The position numbers were made by a program, and so were the translations under genes. Shown piece by piece: positions 36,396 to 48,167 of a DNA stretch of 64,000 bases. The stretch covers positions 2,604,001-2,668,000 of the forward strand of contig OZ316775.1 in the NCBI GenBank assembly GCA_973851085.1. The letters run 5' to 3'. The notes under the pieces were generated by a model. That model searched no databases. It was not told where the DNA came from and saw only the letters and a program-made list of their open reading frames with translations. Each line of letters starts with the position of its first letter. Position 1 is the first letter of the stretch. Source of the DNA: Ptychomitrium polyphyllum (lineage: Eukaryota).

Positions 36396-39300
36396 ATGGC
36401 ATCTCTTGCGCCCCTGCAACCCCAAGCCCTCTCGACATCTGCCAGATCATCTCCCTCGCAGGTGAGTGAAGTCAGTCAGTGCTTTGCGAATTCAGATTCA
36501 GAATTTGTGGCGTGTGGTTTTGTCGGTTCACTTGGGAGTGCTGGTTTCTGCGTTCGCAACGAGTGTGACATGTGACTTAGGGTTTGTAAGTTTCCGCTGC
36601 CGGTGGTTTAAAGAAGAACCTTGTGGGGTTGCAGGCGCCGGCATCGAGTAGAGATTCTTTGTCGTGTTCTAGTTGTTCGTTTAGGCCGCGGCAGGGCCTG
36701 GGGAAGGGCTTTGTTCAATTTGAGAAGTTGAAATCGAGCAGCCATCGGCGCAAGCGGTCTCTGGCTAGAGGTAGTGATTCAGCAACTGTGAGGACAGTAG
36801 TGGCTTCAGCAGAAGAAGATGTGGATGTGGTAGGTCCAGAGGATGTGTTTGTTGTTGATAGTAAGCAGAGACAGGATCAAGAAAGAGTAGGTGTGTTGCT
36901 GCTCAATCTTGGTGGACCGGACACGCTTGAAGATGTGCAGCCATTTCTGTACAACCTCTTTGCTGACCCGGTAAATTGCTGACTCTGTACGGTTTGTGAA
37001 AACTGGTAATAGTGGTTCATTGCGTTTGTTATGTACCTGGAAAAAGAAGAGAACCACATCCATTGACTGCACAGAACTTACTAAGTCACTTGCATAGTTG
37101 AGATTACGAGATTTTCTGTGGACTGTCTCTGGATTGCTTCTGACACGGTTAATTTAGAAAGAATGCTTTAGATTGAGGTTTTCAGTTGCCTTGAAACCGT
37201 ATGTGTTTTTGAAAAAAATTACAGGACATCATAAGGCTCCCCCGGTTGTTTAGATTTTTACAAAGACCACTAGCCACATTCATATCCACGTTACGAGCTC
37301 CTAAAAGCGCTGAAGGATATGCTGCTATTGGAGGAGGGTCACCTTTACGGCAAATAACAAATGAGCAGGTTTTTCTCTTTTTCGTTTTAGGCAAGATACT
37401 GATGAACAATTGTTAGTTTTGTAGGTACTTATCCGTCCCTTAAGAACTGGTTACGGTATGTAGAACTGCAAAGTACTACAGTGTTTTGTTCTACTGTATG
37501 ATTTGATGTGAACGGTTTGATACTAATTTATTACTATAAGAGATTCCTCATGGATCTGTGATGTACGTGGATTAGGCTGAAGCTCTTAAAGCTGCGCTAG
37601 AGAGCAAGGATCTACCTGCTAAAGTTTATGTTGGGATGAGATACTGGCATCCTTTTACAGAAGAAGCCATTTCTCAGGTATCACTCAAAACAAGACGTAT
37701 ATTGTATGACACGTCCTGTTAAAGTGACTGCAATTGGCTGTTTCTAAAGATGGAATCCTGCTGCTGCATAGTGTGTTTTCGGTGGTCGGCTACTTGGGTT
37801 AGTCATCCTTTTGTCTCTGATGAGGGTTTTAACGGAATGTGCAGATCAAGGAGGACGGAATTACTCGTCTGGTGGTTCTCCCTTTATATCCTCAGTTTTC
37901 GATATCAACTAGTGGTTCCAGTCTTCGTCTTCTTGAGAACATCTTCAGGTATTGAGCTTATTTCTATAATCAACATTGTGGCTATTTGCCAACCAAAATT
38001 ACTGACCTCTAACATCTGATATCCCTTCTGTGGTTGGCAGGCAAGATGAATATCTTGTTAACATGCAACATACAGTGATTCCGTCGTGGTATCACCGCAA
38101 TGGCTATGTGCAGTCTATGGCTACACTTATTGAAAAAGAATTAGCGAAGTTCGAGAGGCCCGAAGAGGTAGGATTTCAAGTTTGATTCTTTCGCGTGCAT
38201 AGCTTCCGGGTTTTTGTTACTACTACAGGTAGGTATGTTGGCTGGTTTTCTATATACAAGCAAGACATGGAATCTGTAAAATTTAATGCTGTATGATGGG
38301 ACAGGTGCACATATTTTTCAGTGCCCATGGCGTACCAGTGGCTTACGTGGAAGAAGCTGGGGACCCGTATAAGGCTGAAATGGAGGAATGTGTAGAATTT
38401 ATCATGGCTGCAGTTAAGAAGCGGGGTATCAAGTGTCCACATACACTTGCGTATCAGGTAAATTGTTCTGCACCGGTTTCCATTTGGAAACTCTACTGAA
38501 TATACTGTCTAGTCATAATTATCTTGTAAATTGATATATAATCTATCAAGGGCGGGTTGTGTTTGTGTGATCATTTGTGTGCAACATAGTTGTGGGAGAG
38601 GTTGATTACTTTGGAATTGGCAATGATCTTTGGTTTCAGTGAACTTTTGTTGCAAATTCGGCCTCTTTTGCATTGGAATTCTCTATTTTCCACTTGAGAT
38701 CGTTTCATAAATGATCTTGAGGTGTTTGAGCAATCATTCGATTCAGTATGCGGTTTGCTTTAGTGTGGGATTTGTAAAGTGTGACTGGTTGAGTCTATCG
38801 AGGAATGAGGTTTGCTGCTGCCTGAGTCATACTTTTATGTTCGTCCATCTATTGTAGCTATTGAGTGATCGTTTGATTGTTTTATGAAACTGGTTTTTTA
38901 ATTGCGGGCAGAGTCGTGTGGGACCTGTTGAATGGCTGAAACCGTACACTGATGTCACGATCAGAGAGCTTGGGAAAAGTGGGGTGAAGAGCCTCTTGGC
39001 CGTGCCCGTCAGGTTTGTCTTCTGCCCGGTGAATTTTTTGTTTATATTTTTCTGGATGTTTTGCAATTTCTTGATGTTGTATTTGTTTCTTAAGTACTGT
39101 TACGTGTATCACAGCAATACCCAGATGCAGTTTTATGTGAGAATGTGGATTTGGTTTATGTACTAAGTAGTTGTTATGGGGAGCAGCTTTGTTAGTGAGC
39201 ACATTGAAACTCTGGAGGAGATCGACATGGAGTATAGAGAGTTGGCTATTGAATCAGGCATCAGGAACTGGGGTCGTGTACCTGCGCTGGGTGTTCAACC

Positions 39301-39839
39301 TGATTTCATTGCCGACTTAGCAGATGCTATAATTGAAGCTCTACCCCATGTGGGTGCAATGGCTGTCTCAAGTCTAGAAGCTCGTCGGGTTTGGAACATT
39401 CTACAAGAACCTTTAATCCCTTTATCTTCTACTTAGGATCCAAGTTCTTTGTACCGACTTATTAACTGGTTTCGGATAATGAGCCGGTTTCCTATAAATT
39501 ATGATACATCGTTTCATTAGAGCAGCTGAGCAGTATTTGTTGGTTTAGTGCATCCTTAAATCAGTATATCAAGACTTAGTATTTCTAAATAGCAATGTGA
39601 TTTGTCTTGTGCAGTCACTTGTGCCATTGGGAAGTGTTGGCGAGCTGCTAGCCACATATGATGCAGGCCGTCGAGGACTACCAGCACCAGTGACAATGTG
39701 GGAGTGGGGTTGGACGAAGAGCGCAGAGACATGGAACGGGCGTGCTGCTATGTTGGCCGTCTTGACTCTACTTGTTCTGGAAGTTACCACTGGACAAGGT
39801 GTTCTTCACCAGTGGGGTATATTACCTCTTATCCACTAA
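36396..39839 (+). CDS. FC2: Plastid ferrochelatase with C-terminal CAB motif (FC2 type), about 519 aa, 10 exons
   Basis: Exons 36396-36461, 36635-36970, 37225-37368, 37576-37677, 37845-37948, 38041-38167, 38305-38457, 38912-39012, 39187-39388, 39615-39839 in frame. Motifs [49 protein letters not shown] and [13 protein letters not shown]. Confidence 0.97.
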
Positions 39840-40899
39840 ATTTTGTAGAACTTAAGCTGACATCCTGAGCAGTCAATACCAGAAACTGTGTTGAGGAGAT
39901 GTGGAGTCTCGCAAGTGGCAGCAAACCCTACAGCCAAGTATCTTGGCTATGCTGGAAACAGTGATAATTGCTCAGTGCTAAGACTGAGGACAACCCAATA
40001 GCCAGGTCCCATGTACCTGCTCATTCATACATCTTATTCAACAGTCTGAGAGACAGAGAAACGCAGGTATTGAGAGGCTGTCATGCGACAGTCGACGAAT
40101 TTTTATCGAAAAGCAAGTATCTTCGTATCTTGTAACCCTGTTGTCTCATATGTGGGGTTCCCCGGAGTCGACGTACAATGTCACTCTAGAGAGGTGATAA
40201 TTGGCAACCTCTGGCTATTGTAGCAAATTTATCTTTAGTACTGCATCCGTTGCACTGTAGCTGTCTAGCAAAACTGTTGAATAGGGTGGAGGAACGATTA
40301 TTGATTAGTCATATATAGTTTTTTGCTAAGCGATGTTCTCGAGAATCTTACATGCTTGTTTTGTAGTTACTACCTGTAGAATTGTCTTCGTTGAGACTTC
40401 AGTAGAATCAACTCCTGACAATGATTGTGAGCTTCATGTCTACTCTTTAGTGCTCACTACGTGTTACGGCAATGTCATTTTAAAGTACGAGTACTTGTAG
40501 GAAGGATGATACTTTGGGGTAGCTAAGGAATTTGCTTAGTAGGACTGAATACAGCCAATCTTAGTTGTGCAGGGTTCTCATTATATTATTTCGGCTGTCA
40601 TAGAATACTCGTAGTGCTCTGTGCCGACTTAGTTTTGATGCAATATCGAACTGCCTCTGATTATTACAATTTTATCCTGTATAATGCCATCCCTGTACGC
40701 CAGCAAATTTGAGGAATGCAATAACCCTAAACCATTTTAATTGACTCCCAAGTTCGGGCTTTTGAATGCTTTATGATTGGTTGATCCGTGAAATCCATGT
40801 CCCTTTTTTTTTAATTCTTCACAAAGTCCACAAGTTGAGGGAATCAAAGTGCAGTAACCTCACACCTAGACAAAATTCAGCCACCTCCCTGAAACTTTC

Positions 40900-41596
40900 G
40901 ACGCCAATAAAAGATGTCCAAGAAATCTTTCGCTACTGTAAATGAACCCAATTTTGCACACGAGAGTGCAGCATGCTGGGTGATCATCTGGTGCCTATTC
41001 CCTTATGTATGTCATGATTTTGCTCTAGCTTCAAAAATGCTGTTGATCACATTGGCCTGGGTTTCGCTAACTTGCTTCGATGTTCGATTTCGGAGTACAA
41101 TGAGAAAGATATTTTGGACATCGGCAGGGCGTATGACGTCCTTCCTCGCTTTTTGATGCGCATCTTGTTGGAGCACACGGCAGGCTTGGAAAAGCTCCAG
41201 GTGAGTGCCTCCCTAAAGGATCCGTCGTACCTGCCGGACTCTCCGGCATTGGTAAAGGCGTAGATGGTTGTAAACGGAGACAGTACTGCCACAGTTTCGT
41301 GGGCCTGGCTATGCAGAATGACTCCGTGAGTTCCCCTGCCGTGGAAACAATATGAAGAGTCACCGAATTTGGAGTAAATTCGAAGAACTGGGTAGAGCGG
41401 TCTGGTGTGTTGTGCTGGGAGACATTTTGGCATTCAGATTGACAATGATGCTTTTGTGGACAAAATGTTTGGTGCAGTCCTTCGGCAATGGACATCCTGT
41501 GTGCACACACAAAAATTCGAAGCAAGGACTTTCCAAATGAGCGACGAAACTCAAGCCCTCGCACAAACTTCGAGGTACAATCGAACAGAACTTTGA
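40900..41596 (+). pseudogene. Possible decayed coding sequence of unknown family
   Basis: ORF fragments 41072..41263 and 41405..41596 share one frame with protein-like composition, separated by several stops. No family recognised. Confidence 0.25.
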
Positions 41597-42883
41597 ATTA
41601 AAAGTATGTCTTTACGTTGACAATGCATTTACCTTGAGCTGCTTCTACGGCGATTTCGTGCACCACCACGGACACCAGGACGTCCATGACGCTGTCTCAA
41701 ATTCCGGAATATCCACTACGCACCCGGCCTGCCGAAGCCGGCATTTTGCTGCTCGCAAAACTTCTGCAGACACAACAAAGTCAGCGCGAGTCCCCTTGCG
41801 CTTGCTGCAAGACCACCCCAATTTTAACAAGTTCACAAGTTAAATAGCATCGTTTCCACTCCTTGAAGCCCTAATCAAAAATCAAATATGCAACCTCAAC
41901 AATCACAAGTGCCTCATATAACAGCCCGAGTCCCCTGCACTGTAAGAGGTTGTGTACACTCGTAGCGAAACGTCAGCGATAATTCACCACATAAGCTTGC
42001 CGAAAAGCGTAGAATGAGCAGCCCTAGGAGCGACATTGCCTGGGGTGGAAGCATACGGGAGATTATGCTAGAAAGGTAGTTCGACCTTCTCTACATAAAC
42101 AGTTTCGCAAATTACGGAGGAAAACCATGCAAATCTGCTGAAGCCCTAATCACGATCTGCAGAAGTGATCGGACAGCTAAAGCATTATACACGAACCAAA
42201 CCTGCACAAAGACATAGGCATTGCAATAGTTTGAGAATCTCCACGTGAGAGAAGCCCTTGCTGTGATGCTCCTCGTTTCTCAGTCAACCAAATTCTGCTC
42301 CGATACACAAGCGAAGGTCGAGTCATCAGACTCAAGAGCCGCACATCTGCCATTATTCCAAGCAACACCAACAACTCGCGTCACGCTCGGAATGCCGACT
42401 CGACATCCTTCACATCCACTGCCATAATCGCAAGCCTTGCATGCTCCAAAGAGTCGACGTACATTCCACTAGGAGATCCCGTACATCCACTCTTCGATAT
42501 ATGCCGCAACGATACTTGAAAGATGTTGTCCTCATAACAAGGTGATACTTAAGCGGTGTAAGGAGAAACGGACAAGGTTGTTACTTTGCAAGCCTGGAAG
42601 CTCGTGGTATGTCAAGTTGCAGGCAGTTCTGTGCACTGACGAACAGCCTGCTGTACAAGCACGGCATTAATTGCAGCGGAATTCCGGATCAGCGTTCGGG
42701 TGGAGTACGATGGTGTGCGATTTTTAGAGACAATCATGTGACCACAGTGGTGGCTCCGTTCAAGTACGAAGAGGGAGCAGAATGGGGGAGTCCAGGCTCT
42801 TGAATAGACCATGACCAGAGCAGGCTTGTCGTCATTTAGAATCCACGGATCAGTCACGCATCGGAGACTGGAAACAGGAGGAG

Positions 42884-43279
42884 ATGGTGACTATGGGGAG
42901 CGACGGCTATGACGCCGCATCGGTGATGTACTACCAGCAGCAACCGCACTGCCAAGGCTTCCCCGAGCAGGCGCCTGAGGGACTGGGAAGCTCGCAAGGC
43001 TCGCGCGTGATGCAGAAGATGGAACGATGGGTGTTCTTGTACAACGTCACGACGGGGCTCTACATGCTGGACTGGTGGGAGCGCTGCATCTTCAATGCGG
43101 TCTTCCTCGTGTTTTTCCTTGTGGCATGCTACAACAGCGGGCAGTACTTGTGTAGGCTGGGTGCCGGGTTGGTGGCGTGGTGTGGTGACGATGCCGCGTC
43201 GTCGTTTGCGTTTGGGAGAGGGATTCGTGAAGAGCTTCTCGATGCTGGTGGCGGTGCAGTTGGTGGAGCAGGGGATTGA
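42884..43279 (+). CDS. ssSPT: Serine palmitoyltransferase small subunit (ssSPT) with N- and C-terminal extensions, intronless
   Basis: WVFLYNVTTGLYMLDWWERCIFN followed by a TM segment and YN matches the plant ssSPT signature LYNVTxGLYMLDWWERxxFN. Confidence 0.9.
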   Translation: MVTMGSDGYDAASVMYYQQQPHCQGFPEQAPEGLGSSQGSRVMQKMERWVFLYNVTTGLYMLDWWERCIFNAVFLVFFLVACYNSGQYLCRLGAGLVAWCGDDAASSFAFGRGIREELLDAGGGAVGGAGD

Positions 43280-46200
43280 TGGAATAAGCTTTCGGGGATC
43301 GGTGATGGTGGTATGAGTTGCGGATTTGGGACTTGATGGAACGTCTACATTGTGAGAACTTAGGTTGTGATGTTGTTGAACATGAATTCGTAGGTATTAG
43401 AGGACATAAAGCTTAGAGTTTTGATGCGGGTTGCAGCAGATCACGCTGTATCTTCCCGAAATTTGTGATATTCATGTGTATGATCTAGATGAAATCTACT
43501 TACATTCTTTGTTTTGCGGGTGTTGCACCAGCTCTGTTTCGTATCTCTCACTTTGAGCAAGTGTACAAGTGGTGTAACCTAGTTGCGGTGACAGTAGTAT
43601 GGCTTATTCAGCTCAAGGTCACGTGATGCACTTGCCTATTTTATGAGTCGCCGCTTGCATTTATCAGCTGAGAGGTAAGCCACGGATTAATAACCCTTTA
43701 GCGCTCAAGGGTCTGTATTTTAGGGGACCCCTACAGACTTTCTACAGTTTCCATGACTGCCACTGGGTTGCTAGTGTACGATTTTGTGTAGAAACCTGTC
43801 CAACCTCCTCCAGACACTAATTCTGAAGCTCATAATTCCGATGCAATGATCTGTAGCACCGCCATGAGTACGATGAGAAGGAACTTTTTTTTTGAAAAAA
43901 ACCATCGTACTGCTTTGATACACAACAATGTTTTACAGATGCTACAGTTGACTACTATCTGCGGTATTTTCTTTCCTGCAGTTCTTTTTCCAAGAGCATA
44001 GGACACGTTCCTAATTGTTCTATTTCACATCCCCTCCTCACTGAAAGGGACCAACAAAACTGTAATGACAGCTGCAAAATTCGGCATCTTTTACACGATC
44101 AAAGTGTGGTTCTCGTCTTCTTTACAGAACACTGTTTCAATTCGCACCGCATTTTGGTAGTCTGCTCGGAACAGAGATCCAGCTATTACATTCCAGGACA
44201 CGTCCTTTGAGCTCAGCTGACCATCTTCACCACTTTCTTGTGTACAGTTTTTGTAGCCTGTTATCACTGTTGGAATGTTTCTACGCATGGAACTGCAATT
44301 GCTTCTGGATCAAACCGCGCTGGAAAGAGATCTTCAGACGAATCCAGGAAGCTACTCATTCTAGATGATGAAGTAGAAGTACCAAAGTGCGTTTGTGATC
44401 TTCCTCCGCCTACTCTCTCCAGTGATCTTAATTGTTGCTGTTGCCTTTCTGATTGTATTCACTATTACAGTCTGCGACATCTCTCACATCCCACCATATC
44501 TCGTAAGCCCACCGTCAGCAGTTGGGTTTAGGAATTAGAAGCTCCTGGAAGGGTATATCCGTGAAGGACTATCAAGTCTGTTACTCAGTTTTTTGAGGCT
44601 TCTCACCTGTCAGTATGTCCCTGTTTGCTGACACAAGGTTCATCGATGTAAGCTGTTTGTTTGGTCATGCGTGGCATTCTCCATGTCTGCCGTGTCTTCG
44701 CTTGCAACGGTGCAGGTTAGCTCATGTGTAGGTCAGGCATTCTAAGGTCAAGAGCTTGAAGTACACACATCATGATTGCACACTTCTTTCTGTTGTCCAT
44801 TTTCTGCAGGAAATTTAGAGTACGACAGTTTTCACTTCACTAAGGAAATCAGGGCTCAATAACGAGGTTTTCAAGGAAATTATCTTATTAATAGATGGAA
44901 CTGGATGGAGGCTGAACGTCTGTGTAATGTAGCCCAGGTCTGCTTTGCATCTTGACATTACAGACTCTTCACAGTCTTCATTTTCGTGATCAACTGAGCA
45001 TGAACGGAACGAGTGTAATTAGGAGACGGTGTGGCCAACCACATTACCAGTAATCATTTAGCCGCCTCTGTCACTCTTGAGCATGCCTTCAACGCTACGA
45101 TTCAACAATATTTTTGCAAATAGTCTGTACAGGCAACCAGTGCAATCATGGTCTCAGTGCCTTCAAGTTGTGCCTGACTGATCGCGGAGATCAGAAGTTT
45201 CTTAACTTAGTGAGACAGCAGCACCCACAAGCTCTCCTAGAGCTTTAGTTCGTCTGTGGACGCATACCTGAAGACAAGGGAATCTCCATTCTCGCTGAAA
45301 TCCAAAAGAAGATAATTCAGAGCGCTGGATCTTCCGTTTCATAAACTGGAATGTATGGCCTCTTTCAACTTTCGACTTCGTTCCAAGCACAACAGAATTG
45401 TTGCACTCACTTTCCCCGACTCTCTTGTCTGGGAGCAAAGGAGCAATGTCAATTTCACCTTCACTGACGATCCCATGAAGCTGAATCAACAGCCCACAAA
45501 AGTTATCACTAGACAGCGGCACCCAATATTCGTCGACCTCAGAATCATGCTCAGCTAGCCTTTGTGTAGCACCAAGAGCCTCAATCAGTTTCTCAAGAGA
45601 AATCGAGATTCAGAAGTATTGTAAAAGAACTTCTGGGAGAGAACAAACGGTTGATCGATGGCTCCAAAAATTACATAATCTTGATATCGGAGGTGATAAC
45701 ATGCAGCAAAGACAAGTGCCTCTTCACACCGCCCAAATGCATCCACCACCTCTGAAGGGACTTCAGCACTTGCTGCATTTAGCAAGACCAATTTCACGAG
45801 CTCAACTGCGTTAGCAAGTCCCAAAGACCTTCGCATCATCTTCTCAAATGTCCCAAGGACACTGGCTTCTCTGATTTTTTCCGTTTGCGCACACGAGGAG
45901 CTCTTGGCCAACCAGGAGCCTTGATTGAATTATCACCATGTTGATCATTGAATATGCCCCCCGTTCCTCGCCAGAAAGTGCGACGGTATTAATAACAGTC
46001 ACAGAAACCAATGCTGGATCAATAGTCCTCAATCAAGCTCGAAAGGGATGTTCGTACTATGCTGAGAGAACTCTCCCTTGTCTTTGGAAGATCAGGTGCG
46101 CGTGTTCGGAACACCGTACTCCGCTTACTACTTATGGCCTTCGCAACGTTGCATGACCTCATCGAAAGCCGTTTCTACAGAAATATCATCAAATGAGTCA

Positions 46201-48167
46201 CACAGCAACTCCTGCTCGGAGTTCATTAGATGATGATTCTAACTGATAGTCTTCAGTGTCTTTATTAGGGTTGGGTTGTGTAGCTCTTGCACAGACGTCA
46301 GCTCCTGTGTCTTTTTCTCGAAACTGTACTAGTCAATGGTGTATAATCCGGCCGTTTCATATACCTAGCGGACAAGACTAAACAAAGGTTATTGAGAGCT
46401 CTTCGTATGGCAGGATCTGAATTCCGTTGAGCTGTTCGAGGTCTGCAAGCAGCAGGGTTGGCAGGAAGATTTGGAATTGAAGCCTACTCCAAACGATGGT
46501 TGCGGGCACCCAGTATGGCACGTTGCCTTGTATATTCTGTGAACTCGAGCGTTCCTCTTCGATTAAAGACCACGTATCTCGGCAATAGATTACTTTGGAC
46601 ATCACTTGACAGTTGTGGGCTCGAACGAGATTCAGGAGATTCAGGGAATCCAGGAGATTCCCAGCTGTGCCAGTAACCAAGCAGAAAGTCAGGCTCCCTT
46701 TTGCTCACCTGCAGTATACTAATGGCATTGCGACTACAATCGCTGTCAACATACATTTAGAAGATTTTATCCGTGGCAATTAGAGCCTGTCGTGAAGTGC
46801 CAAGAGTACTGCCACCTCGCAAACGTTGAAGAAAGAATAATTCTGCAAGTTCGCGGAGCTGAATCTGCTTTATACAGATTTCCTTGCTCAACCAACAATT
46901 AAGTCAAAAATACTCAGAGGATTTTGCTTTCCACTAGTTTAGAAGTGGCGATATGTGTTGGGAATGCAGCACAGAGCAAATCTTCGAGCAGTGAAGTTCT
47001 ATGATGCGAAGGAATCAGAGAGGCGTTGAATTTTAAACAAAGGGGGCAAATGACACATAATATTCAGCTTCGAGCTTGATAAGGCCTAATAGATGAGAAG
47101 CTCGTGTAAGTGTAGTAATTGCAAGTCCTATACCAGTATATGGTTGCAATCATGTGACGTACTAGCAATCACATGGTTGCAAGTCCTATGGCAACAGGAG
47201 TGGCACACGCTGGCTTTGGTTTCAACTTCAGTGATCCTAGCAAAGAGCTTGTAATGGAATGTGCTCCATCCAAACCACAAGGCGATCGTGGTACTGATAA
47301 TTCTCAGAAAGCCCTGTTCTTGTGAAAGCATAGAAATCCTCAAAGATTTCAGCTTCTGCGTGGGAAACAAGGGCTCGGCAAAATCTATTATGTTACTGAG
47401 CAGTGCTCTTAGCTCGAGTATCATTCTCCATCCTTCTGCTTCATCGTCACCATCAAACTTTACTACATCATCCTTCAGCTCAGTTAGTTTGTTGAAATTT
47501 GAAGTGTTCTGCTATTACCGTATATTATCTAGTTCGGCTAGTTGAAGTGAAGAAATACTTTAGCAAGATTGTAGTGTACAATATTAATCTATTAAGGGTG
47601 CTACGTAAGACCTCAAAATTGTTAGCTGGAACACTTCAGAAATGTAGAGACTGACCAATACCTGATCATCACTTTGAGATTCTCATAGTGTAATGAGAAT
47701 TCTTAGTTATTTGAAGTCGCAGCTGTAACATTAACCTAGGGATTTAGAATAAAACCTAGTGCTTCTTTGGTAGGGCCACTTTATTTTCCAATCATAATTC
47801 CCAATTAGCAGTACCGCAGAAGGCCAAGCTCAAGTACCCTGAGATACAACATTCACTTGTACGTATAGACATCTATAAGAATGGTGTAAAATAAGACTGC
47901 CTTTCATAAAAAGGGTGTATGATACAGGATAAATACGGTACAAACGGTATGAATAAGATGGGATTTTAGTGCGGACAGAAAATTACCCAAAAGAATGATG
48001 CTAGCTCAAAAATACCAGAACTATCTAGAAAATCTTGTCAAATGCACTGCAACAATGAAGCAGTCCTTGATCTCGCAGTGAGGAGCACGTGATATATTTA
48101 TGCTCGAAGAGTTGCTAATATACACCTGTACTTGGACGATAGCGCCCATTGTGCAATGAAGTCTTGT

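Noticed and set aside
41864..42152. Repeated TGAAGCCCTAATCA (41864 and 42139) as telo-boxes of a snoRNA cluster
   Set aside because: One mismatch to the telo-box, and no convincing C/D or H/ACA box pairs with terminal stems were found nearby.
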